Positions 17,643 through 26,962 of a DNA stretch of 57,272 bases are shown in pieces. Under the pieces are notes generated by a model. It had not been told where the DNA came from. It was given only the letters and a program-made list of their open reading frames with translations, and did not search any database. Position 1 is the first letter of the stretch. The number at the start of each line of letters is the position of its first letter. Source of the DNA: Candidatus Spechtbacterales bacterium (GTDB lineage Bacteria; Patescibacteriota; Minisyncoccia; Spechtbacterales; 2-12-FULL-38-22); the NCBI GenBank assembly GCA_040902285.1, contig JBBDXP010000015.1:4128-61399 (forward strand), given 5' to 3'. The position numbers and the translations under genes were made by a program.

Positions 17643-18708
17643 GATTTTAATGTATTTAATCCTGGCTCTTCTGGTGGTGGGGCTTTTGGCATTGTTATCA
17701 GCATCAATACCTCAAAGCAGAAGAGATTTAGGAAATGTTTACGGGTATTTTTTTCATCAAATTGTATATGGACTTTTGATAGGAGGAATAGCGGCATATG
17801 TTACATATAAAATACCGTATGACAAAGTGCGGAAAATCGCGCCTTTGATTTTTTTGTTGTCTGTTTTGGCAATGACCCTAGTTTTTATACCGGGACTATC
17901 TGTAAAATCAGGAATTGCGCAAAGATGGATAGAATTGGGACCTTTCACATTCCAACCTTCAGAACTGGTTAAATTAACTTTTATTTTATACTTAGGGGCA
18001 TGGTTCAGCACGCGCCTGAAAACCTCCAAAAACACAATAAGCTTAGCGCCGTTTTTGATAATGCTGGCGATTTTGGCGATGTTATTATTACTACAGCCGG
18101 ATTTAAGCACATTCGGAATAATCGCTCTGACAGCCGGGGTAATGTATTTCGTTGCCGGAGGGCCTTTGCGCCATATGGCATATATGGGAGCTATTGGTAT
18201 TGCGACATTTTTTGTTCTTGTTAAAATAGCTCCATACAGAATGGAAAGAATATTGGTTTTACTGGATCCCGGCAAAGATCCTTTGGGTGTGAGTTATCAA
18301 ATTAATCAGGCACTTGTGGCAATCGGCGCGGGAAAAATATGGGGCTTTGGACCCCTACAGGGATTGCAGAAAACGAATATACCTCTGGCAATGAATGATT
18401 CCATATTTGCGGTATGGGCGGAAGAAACAGGATTCATAGGCGCGGGATTCTTACTTTTGCTATATCTTGCTATTGCTTGGAGGGGGCTGTGGCTTGCCGA
18501 AAAAATAAAAGACCACTTCGCAAAAGTTGTAATGGCGGGTATAACAATTTGGATATTTTTACAGGCAATCATAAACATAGGTTCAATAATTGGTGTTTTG
18601 CCTCTTACCGGAATAACGTTGCCGCTTGTAAGTTATGGGTCGTCTTCTCTTATTGTAATGCTTGCGGCTCTTGGTTTTATGCTCCAATTATCCAAAGAGG
18701 CCAAATAA
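17611..18708 (+). CDS. ftsW: SEDS peptidoglycan polymerase FtsW
   Basis: QRWI, FQPSELVK, QPD, DSIFAVWAEETG, LPLVSYGSSS; precedes murG. Confidence 0.9.
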   Translation: MALKAKRSPDKILMYLILALLVVGLLALLSASIPQSRRDLGNVYGYFFHQIVYGLLIGGIAAYVTYKIPYDKVRKIAPLIFLLSVLAMTLVFIPGLSVKSGIAQRWIELGPFTFQPSELVKLTFILYLGAWFSTRLKTSKNTISLAPFLIMLAILAMLLLLQPDLSTFGIIALTAGVMYFVAGGPLRHMAYMGAIGIATFFVLVKIAPYRMERILVLLDPGKDPLGVSYQINQALVAIGAGKIWGFGPLQGLQKTNIPLAMNDSIFAVWAEETGFIGAGFLLLLYLAIAWRGLWLAEKIKDHFAKVVMAGITIWIFLQAIINIGSIIGVLPLTGITLPLVSYGSSSLIVMLAALGFMLQLSKEAK

Positions 18709-18713
18709 AAAAT

Positions 18714-19829
18714 ATGCGTATTATATTAGCGGGAGGCGGAACGGGCGGACATATTTTTCCTCTTATCGCCGTTTCCAGACAATTGTATATTCAAGCCAAA
18801 AGAGAGAAAAAATTTGCTCCCGATGTTGTCTTTGTAGGACCCGCCGACAGACATGCCACCGAATTATTCATAGGCAACAATATAAAAGTGCGAAGAATCG
18901 CTGCCGGAAAATGGCGCCGCTATTTTTCTTTTTTAAACATTTTTGATTCTATAAAAATATTGATGGGACTTGTTCAAGCGTTTGTGCATCTTTGGTGGTA
19001 TATGCCCGATGTTGTATTTTCAAAAGGAGGATACGGAAGTTTTCCTGTTGTAATAATTTCCCGCCTCTTCAGAATTCCTGTCGTAATACACGAATCCGAC
19101 AGTGTCAGCGGAGCCGTAAACAGGATACTGGCTCGTTTCGCAGATAAGGTTTTGGTGTCTTTTCCGATTGAATTTCCAAATCTACCAAAAAATAAAACCG
19201 TATTTATAGGAAATCCCGTCAGAGATCTTGGAAAGGGAAACAAGCAATTTGCCAAAACGCAACTTAATATAAAAACAAATAAGCCGGTTATATTATTCCT
19301 TGGAGGCAGCCAGGGAGCTCTGCAAATAAACAGTTTAATACTATCCGCGCTTAAAGAACTTACAACTTTATACGAGGTAATACACCAGACGGGAGATAGG
19401 CATTATGACGCTGTTGTAAAATATGCCAAAGAAAACCTGTCCACACAAAACAGGGATAACTACCATATTTTTGCGACTCTTAATGAAATTGAAATGAAAA
19501 ATGTTTTTACCGCGGTCGATATTATAATTTCCAGAGCCGGAGCCGGAGCGATCTTTGAAATAGCGCAACTGGGGAAACCGGGCATATTGATACCTCTTGA
19601 AAATTCCGCGGGCGGACATCAGGAAAAAAACGCCGAAATTTATCAATACTCGGGAGCATGCGTGATACTATCAAGATCTAATGTTATCCCTCATATTCTT
19701 TTAAGCCAAATAAGCGGTATTATCAATGACAAGAACAAGGCGGAACAAATGAGCCGGGCCGCTTCAAAATTTGCCAAGCCCGACGCGGCAAAAAACATAG
19801 CACTACTCCTGTTAAATTATGGAAAATAA
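18714..19829 (+). CDS. murG: MurG glycosyltransferase (start at 18714 rather than 18414)
   Basis: MRIILAGGGTGGHIFP, HESD, GNPVR, GGSQGA, SRAGA. Confidence 0.96.
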   Translation: MRIILAGGGTGGHIFPLIAVSRQLYIQAKREKKFAPDVVFVGPADRHATELFIGNNIKVRRIAAGKWRRYFSFLNIFDSIKILMGLVQAFVHLWWYMPDVVFSKGGYGSFPVVIISRLFRIPVVIHESDSVSGAVNRILARFADKVLVSFPIEFPNLPKNKTVFIGNPVRDLGKGNKQFAKTQLNIKTNKPVILFLGGSQGALQINSLILSALKELTTLYEVIHQTGDRHYDAVVKYAKENLSTQNRDNYHIFATLNEIEMKNVFTAVDIIISRAGAGAIFEIAQLGKPGILIPLENSAGGHQEKNAEIYQYSGACVILSRSNVIPHILLSQISGIINDKNKAEQMSRAASKFAKPDAAKNIALLLLNYGK

Positions 19830-21246
19830 AAGCGAAAATATAAAAGTAAGAATAGCGCCGTCTCCAACGGGCGCTTTGCATGTAGGCACCGCTCATACGG
19901 CTTTATTTAATTTTTTATTCGCAAAACACTACGGCGGAAGGTTTGTAATGCGCATAGAAGACACGGACAAAGAGCGGTCCGAGGAAAAATGGGAAAAAGA
20001 TATACTAGAAAATTTGAAGTGGCTTGGACTTGAGTGGGATGAAATCTATAAGCAAAGCGAGAGAACGGGTATTTATACACAGTATATAGAAAAACTTTTA
20101 CAGGAAAAAACGGCCTTTTACTGCTGGCACACACAGGAAGAATTGGAACAAGAAAGAAAAGCGCAGGCGAAAAAAAAAGAGGCCCCGCGCCATATATGCG
20201 CTTATAGAGATAGCGCGCCGGACGAAAACGAAATAAACACATCTATTATCCGGTTTAAAAACACCCATACAGGTAAAATAAGTTTTGAAGATGCCGTAAA
20301 AGGTAAAATAAGTTTTACCGCGGAACTTCTTGGTGATTTTTCCATAGCAAAAAACATAAGCGGCCCTCTGTATAATTTTGCGGTCGTAGTGGATGATTTT
20401 GAAATGAAAATAACCCATGTATTGCGGGGGGAAGACCACATACCCAATACTCCAAAGCAAATTTTATTGCAAAGAGCCCTGGGATTTAACAAACCCGAAT
20501 ATATACACATACCCCTTATACTTGGAGCCGACAGAAGCAAATTAAGCAAAAGACACGGCGCGACATCCGTATCTACATACGCAAAAAGCGGATATTTGCC
20601 TGATACCATGTTTAACTTTTTGTCTTTACTTGGATGGCGCCCCAAAGAAGACGGGAAAGAAATAATGACATCCGACCAAATAATAAAAGAGTTTGCGGTT
20701 GAGGACATTCAAAAATCACCCGCGATTTTCGATATAGAAAAATTGGATTGGATGAATGGCCAATACCTGCGCAAATTAGATACGGGCAAATTCGCGGAGC
20801 TTTGCATGCCTTATCTTAAAGAAGCCGGTCTGCTAAAAGAAGAACTGGACACGGAGTTTATTAAAAAAGCGGTATCTTTAGAGCAAACTCGCGTAAAAAA
20901 GCTGGAAGACATAGCAGAAGCAACGGAATTTTTCTTCAAAGAACCTCAATACGAAGCACCTATGCTTATATGGAAACAAATGACAAAAGAAGAACTTATC
21001 AATATACTGCAAAATGTGCGTGGTATAATTAAAAATATAGATGAAAAATCCTGGAATATGGAGGAGTTAGAAAAGTTAATCATGCCAGAAGCGGAGGAAA
21101 CAGGGGATAGGGGAAAGATGCTTTGGCCTTTAAGAGTCGCTTTGACAGGCAAAAAAGCGTCCCCCGGACCTTTTGAGGTAATGAATGTTTTGGGTAAAGA
21201 AGAGGTTTTAAAAAGGATTGAAGCAGCAATTGAAAAAAATAAATGA
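19819..21246 (+). CDS. gltX: Glutamyl-tRNA synthetase
   Basis: RIAPSPTGALHVG, RIEDTD, LSKR, LRVALTG. Confidence 0.96.
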   Translation: MENKSENIKVRIAPSPTGALHVGTAHTALFNFLFAKHYGGRFVMRIEDTDKERSEEKWEKDILENLKWLGLEWDEIYKQSERTGIYTQYIEKLLQEKTAFYCWHTQEELEQERKAQAKKKEAPRHICAYRDSAPDENEINTSIIRFKNTHTGKISFEDAVKGKISFTAELLGDFSIAKNISGPLYNFAVVVDDFEMKITHVLRGEDHIPNTPKQILLQRALGFNKPEYIHIPLILGADRSKLSKRHGATSVSTYAKSGYLPDTMFNFLSLLGWRPKEDGKEIMTSDQIIKEFAVEDIQKSPAIFDIEKLDWMNGQYLRKLDTGKFAELCMPYLKEAGLLKEELDTEFIKKAVSLEQTRVKKLEDIAEATEFFFKEPQYEAPMLIWKQMTKEELINILQNVRGIIKNIDEKSWNMEELEKLIMPEAEETGDRGKMLWPLRVALTGKKASPGPFEVMNVLGKEEVLKRIEAAIEKNK

Positions 21247-22583
21247 CATCGCTAACACTCAAAAAATCTGTCCTATTATTTATAGTTTTAATAATGGCCG
21301 CTTTAATCGCAAATAGTTGGTTCGTATTTGCGCAAGAAGAAGATGTTGTTAGCCAGGAAGAACAAGGCACGGGAGGAACCGCAGAACCACAAACAGACGA
21401 AGAAAAAATAAAAGAATACGAACGGCAAATTGAAGAAAGCCAAAAACTGCTTGAGGAGCTAAGGGCGCAGGCGGAAGAACAATCACAAAATTTGTATAAT
21501 GCCCGGGAGGAAGCAAATACGCTTGAATCTCAAATAGCCCGGTTTAATAGCGATGTCGCAGGTTTGCAGGCAAAGATAAGCATAAAACAGGAAGAAATCC
21601 GCTCAACGCAATTGGCAATACAAAAAATAAATCTTGAGATACAAAAAAAAGAAAAAGAAATACAGATAAAAAAAGACCAGATGACAGCCATGATACGCGA
21701 GATAAATAAAAATGATTCGGAAACCACATTTGAATTAATTTTAAAATACGAAAGCTTTTCGTCATTTTTCAATCAAGTACACGCGCGGGAAGCGCTTCAA
21801 GAAAATATAGACGGAGATCTTCAGGAATTAAAAAAATTGAAAGAGGAATTAATAGGGGCAAATGGCACGCTTGAAACAAAAAGGACAGAATTGGAGGAAG
21901 AACAGGGGGTGTTAAGAAGCCAAAGAATCATCCTTGAGAACAGAAGGTATAACCATCAATTACTTCTAAGGCAAACTAAAGAAGAAGAATCCGCGTACCA
22001 GGAGTTTTTGAATGACATCCGTCAAAAGGAACTGGAAGTAAACAGAGAAATATTTGAACTGGAAGACCAGCTTCGCAGAACATTGGATCCCAGCGCGTTA
22101 CCCAGTGCGCGACATGGCATTCTGTCATGGCCTGCGGATAATGTGCTTATAACTCAAGGTTATGGATGTTTACACTCGTCTTTCGCCAGAGCTTCTTATC
22201 CTTCATGTGACAATGGACAGGGAGGATTCCATAATGGAGTGGATATGGCCGCAAAATTCGGCACACCAATAAAGGCGGCGAGAGGAGGCGTAGTTGTAGC
22301 GATAGAAAATTCACCATATGCGTATGGCAATTGGGTTGCCATTAAACATGACAATGGCCTTGTAACCGTGTACACCCATATGTCGGATTTTGGACTTGCC
22401 GGAGCAGGCAGTCCGGTTGAAGAAGGGGAGAGGGTGGGCTTTATGGATTCCACCGGGTATTCAACCGGGTCGCATTTGCATTTTATGGTTTACGCACCCG
22501 GAACATTCCATACTAAACCAAGTGCAATTGCGGGCATTCTTCCCATCGGAGCGACATTGAATCCTTTTGACTATTTACCTTAG
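21243..22583 (+). CDS. Coiled-coil M23 peptidase (EnvC/MepM-like)
   Basis: Signal peptide, long coiled coil, HNGVD, HMS, STGSHLHF. Confidence 0.9.
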   Translation: MTSLTLKKSVLLFIVLIMAALIANSWFVFAQEEDVVSQEEQGTGGTAEPQTDEEKIKEYERQIEESQKLLEELRAQAEEQSQNLYNAREEANTLESQIARFNSDVAGLQAKISIKQEEIRSTQLAIQKINLEIQKKEKEIQIKKDQMTAMIREINKNDSETTFELILKYESFSSFFNQVHAREALQENIDGDLQELKKLKEELIGANGTLETKRTELEEEQGVLRSQRIILENRRYNHQLLLRQTKEEESAYQEFLNDIRQKELEVNREIFELEDQLRRTLDPSALPSARHGILSWPADNVLITQGYGCLHSSFARASYPSCDNGQGGFHNGVDMAAKFGTPIKAARGGVVVAIENSPYAYGNWVAIKHDNGLVTVYTHMSDFGLAGAGSPVEEGERVGFMDSTGYSTGSHLHFMVYAPGTFHTKPSAIAGILPIGATLNPFDYLP

Positions 22584-22643
22584 AATGGTATAATGAAAAT
22601 GTAATAAATATTTAATTCTGTCAAGGTTTTATAAAATACCACC

Positions 22644-23003
22644 ATGGGCATTTTAAATTTATTACCGGCTCGCATTATACTTTTGGCATTAATATTGCTG
22701 ATATTGTTGTTTGTGTTGCCGGAAGGCATTATAAATGAAATTCCGGGAGCGCAGTGGACTAAAAGTTATCTGGAAAAGACGTTTTCACAGATGTGGAACA
22801 CGGCCAATAATATATGGAATAAACTTGTTAGTTGGCTGGACAATGCCGCTGCCGTGGTACGCGATTCGTTTAACAGAACGCAGGCAACAGTACAATTGCT
22901 TGTAAAAGAGAAGGTGCAGGCGCTGGAAGATATTCTCAAGGCCGTAGATGCCATTAATAGGTTATTTAATACCGATAATACAGATAATACAGATACAAAA
23001 TAG
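22644..23003 (+). CDS. Hypothetical membrane-anchored protein
   Basis: N-terminal TM and helical body; C-terminus formed by a 9-bp repeat (TDNTDNTDTK). Confidence 0.6.
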   Translation: MGILNLLPARIILLALILLILLFVLPEGIINEIPGAQWTKSYLEKTFSQMWNTANNIWNKLVSWLDNAAAVVRDSFNRTQATVQLLVKEKVQALEDILKAVDAINRLFNTDNTDNTDTK

Positions 23004-23021
23004 ATACCTGAGGAACCGTGT

Positions 23022-23066
23022 TTATCCACAATAGGGTATTGACGACATAGTATGTCGTTTTATAAT
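23022..23066 (+). promoter_or_regulatory. Sigma70-type promoter upstream of xer with a DnaA box and a palindromic operator
   Basis: TTATCCACA (23022-23030); TTGACG (23039) - 16 bp - TATAAT (23061); ACGACATA-G-TATGTCGT (23042-23058). Confidence 0.65.
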
Positions 23067-23074
23067 AGATATAT

Positions 23075-23104
23075 AACTGAGCATTAGAGATATTATACTC
23101 AGTT
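23075..23104. other. Candidate dif-like Xer recombination site
   Basis: AACTGAGCATTA-GAGATA-TTATACTCAGTT: 12-6-12 inverted arms (10/12 complementary), 7/11 match to each E. coli dif arm, 56 bp upstream of xer. Confidence 0.6.
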
Positions 23105-23160
23105 TAATATACTTCTAATATAAGCCCGCCCCGGCTATTTAACCCCTCTCCCCCAAGTTT

Positions 23161-24117
23161 ATGACAAAAAAAGACAAACAAGAAATACTGCCATACTTTG
23201 ATGATTTTTTGCTTCACATACAGACAAATAATTATTCAAAGGAAACTCTATATAACTACGAAAGAGACCTAAGGACACTGGGCGCTTTTTTGACCTCCGA
23301 AATGAACGGTCTCCCCTTCTCCGACATACAAAAGCGCACAATTGAGCAATTTAAGGCATATTTGACCTCAAATGACCGCAAAACTTCTGCGGGTGCAAAA
23401 CCCCAAAAACAACTACAAAGCGGCTCTATCAATCGAATTTTGAGCTCTGTGAGAAGGTATTTGGTATATTTGATAGACATGGATTACAAAGTGCCCATAG
23501 CTCCCGAATCAATTAAATTGCTTCGCACGGAGAAAAAACACCCTCAAGTAGCCGAATTGGAAGACCTTACACGGCTTATTGAAACCCCAAATGAGTACGA
23601 AAAGGATAAACTGGTGGGATTGCGAAACCGGGCAATGTTGGAATTGTTGTTTGCCACCGGTATGCGAATAAGCGAACTGGTTAATTTAAAAAGGGATCAG
23701 GTTGATAAAACCGGTAAAATATTTATCACGGGCAAAGGGAAAAAGCAAAGATTTGTTTATCTCACGGACCGCGCAATCAGGCATTTAAAAACATACCTTG
23801 ACGAACGCTCTGATAATTCGGATTTTATGTTTGTTCCGTACAGAGGCCGGAACGCTCAGGAAAAGCGCCCGATTTCCACAAATTATTTGCAAATGAAAAT
23901 AAAGCAATATAGAAACCTTGTTGGAATAAATGTTCCCACCAGCGCTCACTCGCTAAGACACGGCTTTGCCACCTATCTTGCCGAAAAAGGAGCAAATCCC
24001 GCTGCCATACAGATACTCTTGGGCCATGAATCTCTCGATACCACCACGCGCTATGTTCACGCTTCGGACAAATACGCCCAAAGAACCCACAAAAGATTTC
24101 ATCCGCTCAAGGATTAA
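23161..24117 (+). CDS. Xer-family tyrosine recombinase
   Basis: SAM-like N-domain; TGMRISE, GKG.K.R, HSLRH, LLGH and TTRY catalytic residues. Confidence 0.95.
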   Translation: MTKKDKQEILPYFDDFLLHIQTNNYSKETLYNYERDLRTLGAFLTSEMNGLPFSDIQKRTIEQFKAYLTSNDRKTSAGAKPQKQLQSGSINRILSSVRRYLVYLIDMDYKVPIAPESIKLLRTEKKHPQVAELEDLTRLIETPNEYEKDKLVGLRNRAMLELLFATGMRISELVNLKRDQVDKTGKIFITGKGKKQRFVYLTDRAIRHLKTYLDERSDNSDFMFVPYRGRNAQEKRPISTNYLQMKIKQYRNLVGINVPTSAHSLRHGFATYLAEKGANPAAIQILLGHESLDTTTRYVHASDKYAQRTHKRFHPLKD

Positions 24118-24129
24118 GCTTAAAAAAGT

Positions 24130-24223
24130 AGGGGTTGACCCCTCACATGGAAATTGAGTAAACCCCAACCTAATTAGTTCAGATACCATATACATTTCTT
24201 TGACCGCCATGTGAGGGGTTGAC
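24130..24223. repeat. MITE-like element with terminal inverted repeats and AGGGGTTGAC direct repeats
   Basis: CCCCTCACATGG (24139-24150) and CCATGTGAGGGG (24207-24218); AGGGGTTGAC at 24130 and 24214. Confidence 0.7.
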
Positions 24224-24309
24224 AAATAAAAAATGTGTTATACTAAAATTGAGAGTATAACAGTTTTTTCGGCAGAGCTCAGTTACAATTAAATAATTCT
24301 AGATAGTCC

Positions 24310-25167
24310 ATGCGCAGAGTAAAACACAATCCGTTAACAAGATTGATGAGTCGCATATGGCGTCCTTTTACGCATGGATACAGATTTCTCGGATTTTTAA
24401 TAGCTGTTTTTACAATTTTGTCCGGCTCCATATTTGTTAGCGACCTCATAAAAAATCCCGAGTTAACCTGGGAAGAAAAAATCAAAAAAGCCCTAAGCTT
24501 GTCAAGTTTATCTCTTTTAGAATCAGGGACAAAGGAAATTAACAATATTCAAATAGTCGAAGAGGACAAAAGCACCTTTGATTGTTCTAATTTGGATTCC
24601 GATTGGGTGTCGGGAAGCGGTTTAAGATTTGAAGAAAGAAAAATCAAATTGCAACCAGGCAAATTGGCGGGTGCGGCGTTCCTGAGAAACCCGATAAGCA
24701 TATTTTTTAATTTTGAGCTAAACCTGCGTTCTGTTTTAAAAAGCGGAATAAACACAAATTTATCTTTTTATAACAGCCAGGGAGAACTTAGATACGCGAT
24801 AGGAGACGGGGATTTCAACACCGTACGGCAAATGTTTATAGACAACGCCGGATATGTGCGAACAATGGAGGTAACTAAATTGGAGGTCCCCATAGACAAT
24901 ACTTATGATGTGGGTCTTAAAATAAGCGTGGTGGAAAAAACAGATTCCAGGGTTGCCATAGCCACCCTAACTTATAGAGATTCTTTGGGAAAAACGCATA
25001 CGCGGGATTTGGAAAACCTAATTATCCCAAAATCGCAGCAATTATACCACAATGTGGGACTTGGAATAAACGCGTCTTTAGAATTATATAATCTTGAAAA
25101 CGCCCATATGGAAATAAAAACCTGCAAAATTAAAGAGGTTTCCGCTTCGGAACTTCTCAATATCTGA
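24310..25167 (+). CDS. Hypothetical membrane-anchored beta-rich protein
   Basis: 285-aa ORF with one N-terminal TM; no motif recognised. Confidence 0.7.
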   Translation: MRRVKHNPLTRLMSRIWRPFTHGYRFLGFLIAVFTILSGSIFVSDLIKNPELTWEEKIKKALSLSSLSLLESGTKEINNIQIVEEDKSTFDCSNLDSDWVSGSGLRFEERKIKLQPGKLAGAAFLRNPISIFFNFELNLRSVLKSGINTNLSFYNSQGELRYAIGDGDFNTVRQMFIDNAGYVRTMEVTKLEVPIDNTYDVGLKISVVEKTDSRVAIATLTYRDSLGKTHTRDLENLIIPKSQQLYHNVGLGINASLELYNLENAHMEIKTCKIKEVSASELLNI

Positions 25168-25232
25168 TTATTGCCAAAATAAGTTTATTATCCTATACTA
25201 TTTACATTGTGGTTCTTTAAAAGGAGGTCTGC

Positions 25233-26279
25233 ATGAACCCTCGCGTTGCTGTTGTGGGAGCTACGGGCGCCGTTGGCAGGATGATGGTAAAAATTTTGGG
25301 AGAAAGAAATTTCCCCTTATCTGAGTTAAAACTTTTTGCGTCTGAGCGCTCTGAGGGCGAGAAAATTTATTTCAATGCAGGATATAGACAGGTAAAAAAG
25401 TTTACGGTCGAGGTTTTGTCTGAAAGCAGTTTTAAAAACTCTGACATAGCACTTTTTTCAGCCGGTTCTTCGGTAAGCAAAGAGATTGCCCCTTTGGCGA
25501 TAAGTAGCGGATGTTATGTTGTAGACAATTCAAGCGCATGGCGCATGAATCCGGGCGTGCCGCTTATTGTGCCTGAGGTTAATTCTCAAGACATCGATGA
25601 ATATTGGAAAAACGGAAAAATGGGCCTTATCGCAAACCCCAATTGTTCAACGATACAAATGGTTGTTGCCCTCTCCCCTATTCAAAATGCGGTCGGCATA
25701 AAAAGAATAGTAGTTTCAACTTATCAGTCGGTTTCGGGTACAGGACAAAAAGGGATTTCCGAATTGGGAAAACAAATCAAGGCGTATGAGAACGGATATC
25801 TCTTACAGCGCATGCAAGGGAAAGTTTACCCATACCCTATTTTTTCCAATTGCATACCCCATATAGATGATTTTACGGAAAGCGGAGATACAAAAGAAGA
25901 GTTAAAGATGATAAACGAGACGCGAAAGATTTTGGGTATCCCGCGAATGCCTGTGTCTGCAACCTGTGTTCGTGTCCCGGTTTTCTACGGGCACGCAGAA
26001 AGTATCAACTTTCAGACACAAAAAAGCATAAGAACTGATGAGCTTCGTGAACTGTTATCGAATTCTCCCGGTGTGGAGATTATCGATAATCCCAAAAATG
26101 CCGAATACCCGACACAATTGGCGGCTGTGGACAAGGACAAGGTGTTTGTTGGGCGGATACGCAAAGACAGGTCGGCAAAAAATTCCTTTAATATGTGGGT
26201 CGTCGCGGACAACCTGCGCAAAGGTGCGGCAACAAATGCCGTTCAAATCGCGGAACTTCTCCTTGAAAAGTACCTTTAG
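25233..26279 (+). CDS. asd: Aspartate-semialdehyde dehydrogenase
   Basis: VVGATGAVG, VDNSSAWRM, IANPNCST, CVRVPV..GH, DNLRKGAATNAVQIAE; AGGAGG SD. Confidence 0.97.
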   Translation: MNPRVAVVGATGAVGRMMVKILGERNFPLSELKLFASERSEGEKIYFNAGYRQVKKFTVEVLSESSFKNSDIALFSAGSSVSKEIAPLAISSGCYVVDNSSAWRMNPGVPLIVPEVNSQDIDEYWKNGKMGLIANPNCSTIQMVVALSPIQNAVGIKRIVVSTYQSVSGTGQKGISELGKQIKAYENGYLLQRMQGKVYPYPIFSNCIPHIDDFTESGDTKEELKMINETRKILGIPRMPVSATCVRVPVFYGHAESINFQTQKSIRTDELRELLSNSPGVEIIDNPKNAEYPTQLAAVDKDKVFVGRIRKDRSAKNSFNMWVVADNLRKGAATNAVQIAELLLEKYL

Positions 26280-26312
26280 CAAACCTCAAACCTTCTCAAA
26301 AAGAGAAGGTTT

Positions 26313-26633
26313 TTATTTACAGTTACCCGCGAGAGAAAACCCCGCTGATATTGCTTCGGCCGCGGACTTAAAATATATTTTATTTTCCTCTTTGATTGTT
26401 TTTGCTCCCGAACAATTCAAAAAATGGAATTTATCACTGTTTACGCTTGCGACAACCTCTCCCTCTTGAAAATTTTGATTATTTTGGGTATAATTTGATT
26501 CGTTTACTGCTTTTTCTATGATTATCGGAGGTTTTTGCAATTTCATCAAATTTGAGGTAAAATAACCAAATCCGAAAACAATTATCATACCGAGTGAAAA
26601 AGTGAAAATATAAAACAAATCTTTTTTCATCAT
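26313..26633 (-). CDS. Membrane-anchored protein with Ada-like metal-binding domain
   Basis: TM followed by VASVNSDKFH..NC...I...N...F.S..EA..AGF...C. Confidence 0.7.
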   Translation of the reverse strand: MMKKDLFYIFTFSLGMIIVFGFGYFTSNLMKLQKPPIIIEKAVNESNYTQNNQNFQEGEVVASVNSDKFHFLNCSGAKTIKEENKIYFKSAAEAISAGFSLAGNCK

Positions 26634-26661
26634 TAAATAAATTTATCATTAAAAATACACC

Positions 26662-26934
26662 ATGGCAAAAACAAAAGCGGCCGGCTCTACCAAACTAGGA
26701 AGAGATTCAATATCAAAGCGTCTTGGCGTGAAGCTTTTCGGCGGACAAGCGGTAAGGGCCGGAGCGGTAATAGTGCGCCAAAGAGGTACAAAATTTATTC
26801 CGGGGAAAAACGTCCTACAAGGAGGAGATGATACTCTGTACGCAGCGCGGAACGGAGTCATAAAGTTCCGCGAAAAGCGAAAAATGAATTTTGACGGAAA
26901 ACAAAGGAGAGCAAAAGTTATAGACGTGCTTTAA
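26662..26934 (+). CDS. rpmA: 50S ribosomal protein L27
   Basis: [26 protein letters not shown]. Confidence 0.97.
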   Translation: MAKTKAAGSTKLGRDSISKRLGVKLFGGQAVRAGAVIVRQRGTKFIPGKNVLQGGDDTLYAARNGVIKFREKRKMNFDGKQRRAKVIDVL

Positions 26935-26935
26935 C

Positions 26936-26962
26936 AAAAAACCCGCAATTGCGGGTTTTTTG
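26936..26962. terminator. Bidirectional terminator between rpmA and rplI
   Basis: AAAAAACCCGC-AATT-GCGGGTTTTTT. Confidence 0.8.

Noticed and set aside
18414-18713. 100-aa N-terminal extension of MurG
   Set aside because: Overlaps ftsW; the MurG motif begins at ATG 18714.
23161-24117. Integron integrase or prophage integrase
   Set aside because: No IntI-specific insertion, no attC array and no phage genes nearby; size and context fit a chromosomal Xer.
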